64,000 bases of DNA from an uncultured Fibrobacteria bacterium (GTDB lineage: Bacteria > Fibrobacterota > Fibrobacteria > UBA11236), in NCBI GenBank assembly GCA_963716395.1, contig OY970309.1, positions 2,784,001 through 2,848,000 of the forward strand. Direction: 5' to 3'. A program made the translations under genes and the position numbers. Positions 9,808 through 18,020 of the stretch are shown piece after piece; the first letter of the stretch is position 1, and each line of letters opens with the position of its first letter. The notes beneath the pieces were generated by a model. It was not told where the DNA came from, did no database searches, and saw nothing but the letters and a program-made list of their open reading frames with translations.

Positions 9808-10664
9808 CGGTGCGCAAAAGCCGCGCGTCGGCGCGCAAAGCTCCGCCGGCCCGCAAAAAAGCGCCGGTGCGCAAGCCCGTCCGCCAGGGCGCCAACCGCC
9901 GTCGTCGGGCGGTGCAAAAGCGGGTGCTGCGCCAAGAGCAAATGCGGAGTTGGGGGCAGAACCTGGCGCGCCGGTTTTTCCATGCCGCCGCCTGGCTGCT
10001 GCTGGCTTGCGCCGCCGGGGCCGGAGCCTGGCAGGGCTGGCGCGCCTATCGCGCCGGGCGATTTCTCGTCGTGCGGCAAGTCGACGTGGAAGGAAACCGG
10101 CGTTGGGACGACGCGCGCATTCTCGCGGCTTCCGGGGTGGCCGTGGGCGAACATCTCTTCGCTTTGTCCTCGGGCAAGATTCGTCAGTCGGTGCTGCAAC
10201 TCCCGGGAATTCAGGATGTTGCCGTGCACGTGGGTTGGGACGGCGACGTGCGCCTCGACGTGCGCGAGGCCGACATCGTCGCCCTGCGCCGAACCGCCGG
10301 GTGGCAGGGTTTCACAGCCGCGGGGCAATGGATTCCGCTCCGGCGGGCCGTCGCCGACGTTCCCGTGGTGGAGGAGCGCCCCGGCGTGGACGACCGCGAT
10401 CGCGTCGCCTTGGCCGCTTTTCTGGAAGGGGCGCGCGCCGGTTACCCCGGTTTATTCGCCGCCTTTTCCCAGCTCGACGTGAAAAACGGGGACGAAGCCG
10501 ACATCTATTGGCGCGACGGCCGTCTTAAGGTCCGGGTTGATTATGCTAATAAGTCGTTGAATTCATTGGAGTTTCTGCGGGCTTTGCTGGCGCGCGAACG
10601 CGCGTCGTGGCCGCGGCAATGCACGGTCGACCTGCGCGTGGAGGGCTACGCCTATGTGCTTTGA
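9804..10664 (+). CDS. ftsQ: Cell division protein FtsQ/DivIB
   Basis: Basic N-tail, TM helix, POTRA-like VRQVDVEGN, C-terminal VDLR; precedes ftsA. Confidence 0.8.
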   Translation: MTVRKSRASARKAPPARKKAPVRKPVRQGANRRRRAVQKRVLRQEQMRSWGQNLARRFFHAAAWLLLACAAGAGAWQGWRAYRAGRFLVVRQVDVEGNRRWDDARILAASGVAVGEHLFALSSGKIRQSVLQLPGIQDVAVHVGWDGDVRLDVREADIVALRRTAGWQGFTAAGQWIPLRRAVADVPVVEERPGVDDRDRVALAAFLEGARAGYPGLFAAFSQLDVKNGDEADIYWRDGRLKVRVDYANKSLNSLEFLRALLARERASWPRQCTVDLRVEGYAYVL

Positions 10665-10707
10665 GGGACCCGTCGCAGGTATGTTAAGTCACGTGCAGGA
10701 TCCGGGT

Positions 10708-10762
10708 CTCAGAAAAATTTTACTAATAGAAATGCGCACAAGGAAGTTATTATAATTGGAGG
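10708..10762 (+). promoter_or_regulatory. AT-rich putative internal ftsAZ promoter region and RBS
   Basis: AT-rich intergenic stretch with TATAAT at 10751-10756 and GGAGG at 10758-10762; no clear -35 box. Confidence 0.4.
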
Positions 10763-10769
10763 CAATCCC

Positions 10770-12005
10770 ATGGCGAATCCCATCGTAGGCCTGGACATCG
10801 GCACCACCAAGATCGGCGTCATCATCGGCGAGATCGACGGCAACCACGCGCTCAAGATCGTGGGCGTGGGCACCAGCCCCAGCGAGGGCCTGCGCAAGGG
10901 CGTCGTGATCAACATCGACAAGACCGTCAAGTCGATCAACCGCGCCGTCGAAGAGGCCGAACTCATGGCGGGCGTCGACGTCGAATCGGTGTACGTCGGC
11001 ATCGCCGGCGATCACATCAAGTCGATCAACAGCCGCGGCCTCATCGCCGTGTCGCGCGCCGATAACGAGATCACCCGCCAGGACGTAGCGCGCGTGATCG
11101 AGGCCGCGCGCGCCGTGGCCATTCCCCTGGATCGCGAAGTGCTGCACGTGATCCCGCAGGATTTCATCGTCGACGATCAGCCCGGCATCAAGGATCCCGT
11201 GGGCATGTCGAGCGTGCGCCTCGAAGGCGATGTGCATATCGTCACGGGCGCCATCACTTCGATGCAGAATATCTACAAGAGCGTGGAGAAGGCCGGCCTC
11301 AAAGTCGCCGACATCGTGCTCGAACCGCTGGCCTCGTCCTACGCGGTGCTCGAAGACGACGAGCGCGAATTGGGCTGCGCCGTGATCGACATCGGCGGCG
11401 GTACCACCGACCTCATCGTCTTCATCGAAGACAACGTGCGCCACACCGCCAGCATCGGGCTCGGCGGCCGCAACGTCACCAACGATTTGGCCATCGGCAT
11501 CCGCACGCCGCTGGAGCGCGCCGAGGAGATCAAACGCGCCTACGGCACCTGCCTGCGCTCGGGCCTCGAAGGCAGCGAATACATTCCCGTGCCGGGCGTG
11601 GGCGGCCGTGATCAACGCGAGGTGAGCCGCGCCGTGCTGGCCTCGATTATCGAGCCGCGCATGCGCGAAATTTTTGCCCTGGGGCTGCGCGAGTTGCAAA
11701 AGAACCATTATCTCGAAGTTCTCGGCGCAGGTGTGGTGCTTACCGGCGGCTGTTCCCTGTTGCACGGCGTTTCCGAACTGGCCGAACAGGTGTTCGGGAT
11801 GCCGGTTAAAATCGGCGTGCCCAAGGGATTCGGCGGCCTGGTCGACTCGGTGGCGTCGCCCATACACGCCACGGGCGTAGGCTTGGTGCAATACGGCATG
11901 CTACGGCGCACCGAGGGCAAAGAGGACGCGATGTTGGCGCCGGGAGGCGATCGCGTCAAAGACATTTGGAAAAGAATGACCGGGTGGGTCAAAAATTACG
12001 TCTGA
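10770..12005 (+). CDS. ftsA: Cell division protein FtsA
   Basis: GLDIGTTK, GLRKGVVINI, DIGGGTTD, GVVLTGG, C-terminal amphipathic helix. Confidence 0.98.
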   Translation: MANPIVGLDIGTTKIGVIIGEIDGNHALKIVGVGTSPSEGLRKGVVINIDKTVKSINRAVEEAELMAGVDVESVYVGIAGDHIKSINSRGLIAVSRADNEITRQDVARVIEAARAVAIPLDREVLHVIPQDFIVDDQPGIKDPVGMSSVRLEGDVHIVTGAITSMQNIYKSVEKAGLKVADIVLEPLASSYAVLEDDERELGCAVIDIGGGTTDLIVFIEDNVRHTASIGLGGRNVTNDLAIGIRTPLERAEEIKRAYGTCLRSGLEGSEYIPVPGVGGRDQREVSRAVLASIIEPRMREIFALGLRELQKNHYLEVLGAGVVLTGGCSLLHGVSELAEQVFGMPVKIGVPKGFGGLVDSVASPIHATGVGLVQYGMLRRTEGKEDAMLAPGGDRVKDIWKRMTGWVKNYV

Positions 12006-12034
12006 AAAATCGGAACGCGGGAAAGGAGCGGCCC

Positions 12035-13390
12035 ATGGAATTCATCCTGGATGAAGTGAAAGAAGAGCCCAAAACCCTGGCCAAACTCAAGGTCGTGGGC
12101 GTGGGCGGCGCCGGCGGCAACGCCGTGAACCGCATGGTGCAGTCGGGGCTGCACGGCGTGGAGTTCATCGCCGTCAATACCGACGCCATGTCCTTGAGCC
12201 AGAACCAGGCCCATGTCAAGATTCGCATCGGTACCCAAGTCACCGCGGGTCTGGGCGCGGGTGCCAATCCGCAGGTGGGCATGCTGGCCATGCAGGAAGA
12301 CCGCGATGCCTTGCGCGAACGGTTGCAGGGCGCCGACATGCTTTTCATCGCCGCGGGCATGGGCGGCGGCACCGGCACCGGAGCCGGACCGGTGGTGGCC
12401 GAGCTCGCGCGCGAACTGGGCATTCTCACCGTGGCCGTGGTCACCAAACCTTTTCTGTGGGAGGGGGCGGTGCGCGAACGCAACGCCCAGGCCGGCCTCG
12501 ACGCGCTGCGGCGGTCGGCCGACACCGTGATCGTAGTTCCCAACCAGAAACTGCTGTCGGTGGTGGAGAAGAACACGCCGCTGAAGGAAGCCTTCAAGGT
12601 GGCCGACGAGGTGCTGGGCGCCGCGGTGCGCGGCATCTCCGACATCATCCTGAAGCCGGGGTTGATCCAAGTCGACTTCGCCGACGTGCGCACCGTCATG
12701 GCGCAGGGCGGCGATGCGCTGATGGGCATGGGCGCGGCCAGCGGTGAAAACCGCGCCACCATCGCCATGGATCGCGCCATCCATTCGCCGCTCTTGGAGA
12801 ACATCAACATCGCCGGCGCCACCAGCGTACTGGTGAATTTCACCGGCGGCGAAGACCTCGCCCTGTCCGAAATTCACGAGGCCATGAACAGTCTGTTCGA
12901 AGCCGTGGGGTCCGAGGCCAACGCCAATATCATTTTCGGCACCGTCATCCATCCCGAAATGAAGGAAGAAGTATCGGTAACGGTGATCGCAACGGGTTTC
13001 GGGGCCCCGGCGGGGCAAAAATCCGCGGCCCGTCCGGCGGCGGAACCTCTGCGCCGTACGGCCCCGCCGGACGCGCGCCCGATGGGGATTCCTTCCGGGG
13101 GCGCTGAACCGCCGGAGCGGATTGAACGCCCGCTGCGCGAAGAGTTGACCCCGACCGACAAGGTGCCGTTCGGGGCGCGTTTGCCGCAGCGCCCGGTTTA
13201 TGGCGGTACCCCGCCCGTGCGCGCCGAAGAAAGCCGTTCGGTATTTCATGAAGCAGGGACGACTCCCGATGCGGGGCGGCGTTCGTCGCTACCGAATCTC
13301 TTCAGCGCTCCGCAACGCGGGCGATACTCCGAGTCAAGCCCCGACGTCGATTACGAAACGCCGGCATTTCTGCGCAACCAGGCGGATTGA
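12035..13390 (+). CDS. ftsZ: Cell division protein FtsZ
   Basis: GVGGAGGNAVNRM, GMGGGTGTG, VDFADV, long P-rich linker, C-terminal TPAFLR; RBS AAAGGAG. Confidence 0.99.
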   Translation: MEFILDEVKEEPKTLAKLKVVGVGGAGGNAVNRMVQSGLHGVEFIAVNTDAMSLSQNQAHVKIRIGTQVTAGLGAGANPQVGMLAMQEDRDALRERLQGADMLFIAAGMGGGTGTGAGPVVAELARELGILTVAVVTKPFLWEGAVRERNAQAGLDALRRSADTVIVVPNQKLLSVVEKNTPLKEAFKVADEVLGAAVRGISDIILKPGLIQVDFADVRTVMAQGGDALMGMGAASGENRATIAMDRAIHSPLLENINIAGATSVLVNFTGGEDLALSEIHEAMNSLFEAVGSEANANIIFGTVIHPEMKEEVSVTVIATGFGAPAGQKSAARPAAEPLRRTAPPDARPMGIPSGGAEPPERIERPLREELTPTDKVPFGARLPQRPVYGGTPPVRAEESRSVFHEAGTTPDAGRRSSLPNLFSAPQRGRYSESSPDVDYETPAFLRNQAD

Positions 13391-13634
13391 TTCCCACCCG
13401 GAATCGCTTCGACCTCATTCAATTTCCCTCCGCACGCGGTCGAATGCCCGCGGCATCCATTCCGGGAGCGCCCGGCAGAAGCGATGTCTCCCTGCGCCTT
13501 CACCATCCCTCGACAAATGGGGGAGCCTGACTTCGGCATGGATGGCTGCCGTGGGCGAGATATCGGCGGAGCCTGCAATTTAACCCCAGCAATCGTGCGG
13601 AGCGGGCGCCGAAATGGGCTACATTGTCGGTACG

Positions 13635-15365
13635 ATGGGCAAGCGTAAAGATGCTTCCCCCGGCGCCGCGCAGTTCGGACGTTATCGCGTACTTTCTGCG
13701 TTGGGTCAGGGCGCGATGGCCACCGTGTATCTGGCCGAAGATCCGCTGCTCAACCGCTTGGTGGCCATCAAGGTCATCCACTCCCATCTGGCTTCGGTGG
13801 GCAATCTGTTGGATCGCTTCACCGTCGAAGCCAAAACCGCCGCCGGGCTCCGCTGCCCCAACGTCGTCGAGATTTTCGACTACGGCGTACAGGACGGACA
13901 GCAATTTCTGGTGATGGAATACATCGACGGGCCCAATCTGCAAATAGTCCTCAATCTGCAGAACGGGATCCCGTTGGCTGCGGAGGTGGCCGCGGCCATT
14001 ATCGGCCAGGCGGCCGAGGGGCTGGCGACGGCCGAAAAGAACAACGTGGTGCATCGCGACATCAAACCCGAAAACATGATGTTCAGTTCCGAGGGCATCC
14101 TCAAAATCGCCGACTTCGGCATCGCGCATATCAATGAACAGAACCTGACGCAAACGGGCTCGATTCTCGGTTCGCCCAGCTTCATGTCGCCGGAGCAAAT
14201 CGAAGGCGGCAAGCCGACCCATCAAACCGACATGTTCTCGCTGGGGGCGGTCTTTTATTACTGCCTGACCGGGCGCAAACCCTTTGCGGGCAACAATATT
14301 CCCACCATCATGCGCAGTATTTGCGATCTCCCGCATCCCCCCGTGGTGGAAGCGCATGCCGCGGCCGATGCGGAGCTTACCGCGCTGGTCGGCACCTTGC
14401 TGCAGAAAGCGCCGGATGCGCGCGGGCAAGGGGCGCGCTGGCTGGCTTTGCAATTGCGCGCCTACCTGAACCAGAAGGGGGTGCTGGATCTTTCCGAGCG
14501 GGTGCGTGCGCACCTGCAGCAAATCAAGATCGATGAAGGCGATCGCACCTTGGTCGAATCCGAAGCTCCCGCGGCCGCGCCCGGGGGCACGCCTCCGCCG
14601 CGTCGGGGAAATACTTCGCGTTTGGCCGTTCCTTCCCAACCGGCAAAGGCTGCGCCTTCTTCAATCGCCCTGGGCGCCAAGAAAATTCCCTGGACTCTCG
14701 CGGCCGGCTTGGCGGTTTTGCTGCTGCTTGCGATCGGCGGAGCTGTGTGGTTGCGGAAAAAACCGCACCCTGCACCTCCGACCGCGTTGCCTGCTCTGCA
14801 ATCGCTCTCGCTCGTTCCTTCGGAAATCGAAATCGAGGCGGGGCAGAGCCGCGCGCTCCAGGTCGCGGCCGTTCCCCCGCAAGCCGCGCCCGAATTGGGG
14901 TGGCGCAGTTCTGATACGGCGGTCGCGCAGGTGGCGGCCGGGTTGGTGCGCGCCCTGCATCCCGGCCAGGCCCGCATCGAAGTTTTCGCCGCGGCGGACT
15001 CCTCGCTCACCAGTGCTTGCCAAGTTACGGTAACGGATGCGAAACCTGGGCAGAACCCGGCTGCCCAGGAGTCGACGGCCACGGGCACAACCCCGGCCGC
15101 GGCCGCCTCGGCCGCCACGGGCAAAGATACGGCGGCCGAAAAACCCGCGGCCGAAACCGCCAGCGTGGTCATCGCCTCGGCCCCGCCTTTTGCGGAAGTG
15201 TTTGTGGATCACCTGTATCTCGGCACCACCCCCCTGCATAAATCCGATCTTACGCCGGGTCGGCACCGGCTCTTGCTTTCCCATCGCAACTTCAAATCCC
15301 TCGATACTTCGGTGGTCATTCGCCCCGGCGCCAACCGTATGAAATTCCACCTCTCGGCGCTTTAG
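13635..15365 (+). CDS. Hanks-type Ser/Thr kinase with TM helix, Ig-like (Big_2) and PEGA domains
   Basis: LGQGAMATVY, VAIK, HRDIKPEN, DFG, SPSFMSPEQ; WRSSDTAVAQV (Big_2); SAPPFAEVFVD..GTTP (PEGA); start could be 13614. Confidence 0.92.
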   Translation: MGKRKDASPGAAQFGRYRVLSALGQGAMATVYLAEDPLLNRLVAIKVIHSHLASVGNLLDRFTVEAKTAAGLRCPNVVEIFDYGVQDGQQFLVMEYIDGPNLQIVLNLQNGIPLAAEVAAAIIGQAAEGLATAEKNNVVHRDIKPENMMFSSEGILKIADFGIAHINEQNLTQTGSILGSPSFMSPEQIEGGKPTHQTDMFSLGAVFYYCLTGRKPFAGNNIPTIMRSICDLPHPPVVEAHAAADAELTALVGTLLQKAPDARGQGARWLALQLRAYLNQKGVLDLSERVRAHLQQIKIDEGDRTLVESEAPAAAPGGTPPPRRGNTSRLAVPSQPAKAAPSSIALGAKKIPWTLAAGLAVLLLLAIGGAVWLRKKPHPAPPTALPALQSLSLVPSEIEIEAGQSRALQVAAVPPQAAPELGWRSSDTAVAQVAAGLVRALHPGQARIEVFAAADSSLTSACQVTVTDAKPGQNPAAQESTATGTTPAAAASAATGKDTAAEKPAAETASVVIASAPPFAEVFVDHLYLGTTPLHKSDLTPGRHRLLLSHRNFKSLDTSVVIRPGANRMKFHLSAL

Positions 15366-15467
15366 CGAATCTAAGGGCCGGGTACCGCCGGCCCCTCCAG
15401 AATTGTGGGGCTCTCGGCGGGCGAAGTGCGGTATGATTAAAAGGTTTTTTGCCACCCCCGTAGGCTG

Positions 15468-17267
15468 ATGGAATCCACTTCACCCCAGGAATCGTCCCCC
15501 ACCACCGAGACCCGGTTGGCGACGGCGCAAGGGGTGGGCGTTTCACTTTTGGTGGTGGGCCTGTTCGTGCTGGCTGTCTGGATTTTCAGCGATCAACCGG
15601 CCTTACCGCACCGCCAGGGATGGCGCGATGTCGCCGCGCTCACCACCTTATTATTGGGCTTCAGCGTGGTGCTGGTGCAGATGAATCGCCGGTGGGCGCT
15701 GCTATCGTCCCGGGCCAACCTAGCTCTGCGCGAAGAACATGCGCGCTTGCACCGGTTACTGGGCGAGAAAGAGCGCGCCGAATCCGAAGCGCGCCGCAGC
15801 CGCGAATTGCTGCAAACCGCGGTCTCCCATGCGCCGCTCGTCCTGTTCATGCTGGATCGGAACTACGTCTTTCAATTATCGGTCGGCAAAGGGTTGAACG
15901 CCGTGGGCATGAAGCAAAATCAATCGGCCGGACATTCGGTGCGCACGGTGTACGCCGGTTTCCCCGACTTTTTGCAAAGTCTCGACCAGGCCATGGCCGG
16001 CGCGCCGGCGGAATACCGGATTCGGGTGCGGGGGCGCGTTTTTCACGGTTATCTGAATCCGTTGCTGGACGATCACGAGAGCGTGCAGGGTGTCATCGGA
16101 CTGGCCATGGATGTCACCGAACAATTGGCTACCCAACAGGAGTTGCGGGCCAGCGAGGAGCGCTTTCGTACCCTCATGGAGCAATCGCCGCTCAGCAAGC
16201 AGATCTTCGACGCCGACGGAAACAGCCTGGCGGTGAACTCGTCCTGGGAGCGTTTGTGGGAGTCGCACCGGGAGGATTCAGCCGGCTACAACCTGTTCCA
16301 AGATGTGCACTGGCAGGCCACGGGTCTTCTTCCCCTGCTGCGTCGCGCCTTCGAGGGTGAGGCCGTTTCCATTCCCCCGCGGCGCTACGACCCCCGCGAC
16401 CATGGCAAAGCGGGCAATCCGCGCTGGACCCAAGGCCTCATGTATCCGCTCAAAGATCCCGACGGTAGGGTGCGCGAAGTGGTGCTGGTGCAGGAAGACA
16501 TCACCGAGCGTCGCGAAGCGGAAGAAGAAATACGCAACCTCAATGCGAGTTTGGAACACAAGGTGCGCGAGCGCACGGCGCAATTGGAAGACGCCGTACG
16601 GGAACTGGAGGCCTTTTCGTATTCCGTGTCGCATGATCTGCGGGCCCCGCTCCGCCATATCGGGGGTTTTGTGGAATTGCTTTCGAAGCGAGCGGCCCCG
16701 GTGCTCGACGCCGACAGCCTCCGCTATGTGGGCATCATTTCCGAATCCGTGCAGCGCATGGACAAATTGATTTCCGAATTGCTTTCGTTTTCGCGCATGA
16801 GCCGGCAGGAGTTGTTGCGTTCGCGTTTCAATCTGTCGGAGTCGGTGGGCCAATGCATTCGGGAATTGGACTCTGAAGTGCAGAATCGACACGTGACATG
16901 GAAACTGGCTTCTTTGCCGGATGCGGTGGGCGATCAGACCTTATTGCGCCAAGTCCTCGCCAATTTGTTGTCCAATGCCGTTAAATTCACGCGCTTGCGC
17001 GAGGAAGCCTGTATCGAGGTGGGGTCGCAGCCGGATGGCGAGGGGAGCACCGCCTATTTCGTGAGGGATAACGGCGTGGGGTTCGACATGAAATATGTCG
17101 ACAAATTGTTTGGGGTGTTCCAACGGTTGCACGGCGCCTCGCAATTCGAAGGCACGGGCATCGGTCTGGCCAACGTGCGGCGCATCATCAACCGTCATGG
17201 CGGCCGGGTCTGGGCCGAAGGACGGCCGGGTGAAGGCGCGGTGTTTTATTTTTCCCTACCGAACTGA
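15468..17267 (+). CDS. Membrane PAS-PAS sensor histidine kinase
   Basis: Two N-terminal TM helices, two PAS/PAC, FSYSVSHDLRAPL, NLLSNAVKF, DNGVGF, GTGIGL. Confidence 0.95.
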   Translation: MESTSPQESSPTTETRLATAQGVGVSLLVVGLFVLAVWIFSDQPALPHRQGWRDVAALTTLLLGFSVVLVQMNRRWALLSSRANLALREEHARLHRLLGEKERAESEARRSRELLQTAVSHAPLVLFMLDRNYVFQLSVGKGLNAVGMKQNQSAGHSVRTVYAGFPDFLQSLDQAMAGAPAEYRIRVRGRVFHGYLNPLLDDHESVQGVIGLAMDVTEQLATQQELRASEERFRTLMEQSPLSKQIFDADGNSLAVNSSWERLWESHREDSAGYNLFQDVHWQATGLLPLLRRAFEGEAVSIPPRRYDPRDHGKAGNPRWTQGLMYPLKDPDGRVREVVLVQEDITERREAEEEIRNLNASLEHKVRERTAQLEDAVRELEAFSYSVSHDLRAPLRHIGGFVELLSKRAAPVLDADSLRYVGIISESVQRMDKLISELLSFSRMSRQELLRSRFNLSESVGQCIRELDSEVQNRHVTWKLASLPDAVGDQTLLRQVLANLLSNAVKFTRLREEACIEVGSQPDGEGSTAYFVRDNGVGFDMKYVDKLFGVFQRLHGASQFEGTGIGLANVRRIINRHGGRVWAEGRPGEGAVFYFSLPN

Positions 17268-17279
17268 AAGCAGGTTGCA

Positions 17280-17750
17280 ATGGAAGCACTGAAACCCATT
17301 TTATTGGTCGAAGACAACGAACTCGACATTGAGCTGACGCTTGAAGCTTTCAAGGCCAATCACCTGGCCAATTCGGTATTCGTGGTGCGCGACGGCGAAG
17401 AAGCCTTGGAATACCTGTTCCGCACCGGGCGCTACGCCGATCGTCCGGAAGGCAGCCCCATCGCCGTGCTGCTGGATTTGAAAATGCCCAAGGTGACGGG
17501 GCTCGAAGTGCTGCGGCAGGTGAAATCCGATACGAATTTGAAGACCATTCCCATCGTGATGGTGACGACTTCGAAGGAAGAACAGGATTTGGTTCAGAGT
17601 TATCAGTTGGGCGTGAATGCCTATGTGATCAAACCCATTCATTTTCCCGAATTCGTCGAGGCTATCCGTAATCTCGGCACCTTCTGGGCTTTGGTGAACC
17701 AGCCCCCGCCGGGCTCGGTTCCGGGGGAACCCTTGCGCCCGGTGCCGTGA
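17280..17750 (+). CDS. Single-domain response regulator (Rcp1-like)
   Basis: ILLVEDN, LLDLKMP, TTS, GVNAYVIKP, FW C-terminal motif. Confidence 0.93.
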   Translation: MEALKPILLVEDNELDIELTLEAFKANHLANSVFVVRDGEEALEYLFRTGRYADRPEGSPIAVLLDLKMPKVTGLEVLRQVKSDTNLKTIPIVMVTTSKEEQDLVQSYQLGVNAYVIKPIHFPEFVEAIRNLGTFWALVNQPPPGSVPGEPLRPVP

Positions 17751-18020
17751 CAGGCGGCCGGAACTTCCCCTATTTTCCGGGTTTTGAAATCGCAACCACT
17801 TGCGGCGGAAAAGACGCGGCCGTTCTTCTTCTAGCGCGTATTGAGACGGGTTCCCGGGGCGTTTACGCCGTAAGCCATTGAATATCTCACGTGTATCCCG
17901 CGGATCAGGCCGAAGCGGGCGCCGGCTTTCGTCGGAAGCGAGAATTCGTTTCTATAGATGCGAGCAGTTCGGTCGGCGAAGATTGATTCGGATGTTATAA
18001 TTCCCTGTAGAGGTCAGACC

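Noticed and set aside
15374-15395. GC hairpin gggccgg/ccggccc after the kinase gene as a terminator
   Set aside because: No U-tract; could be chance in high-GC DNA
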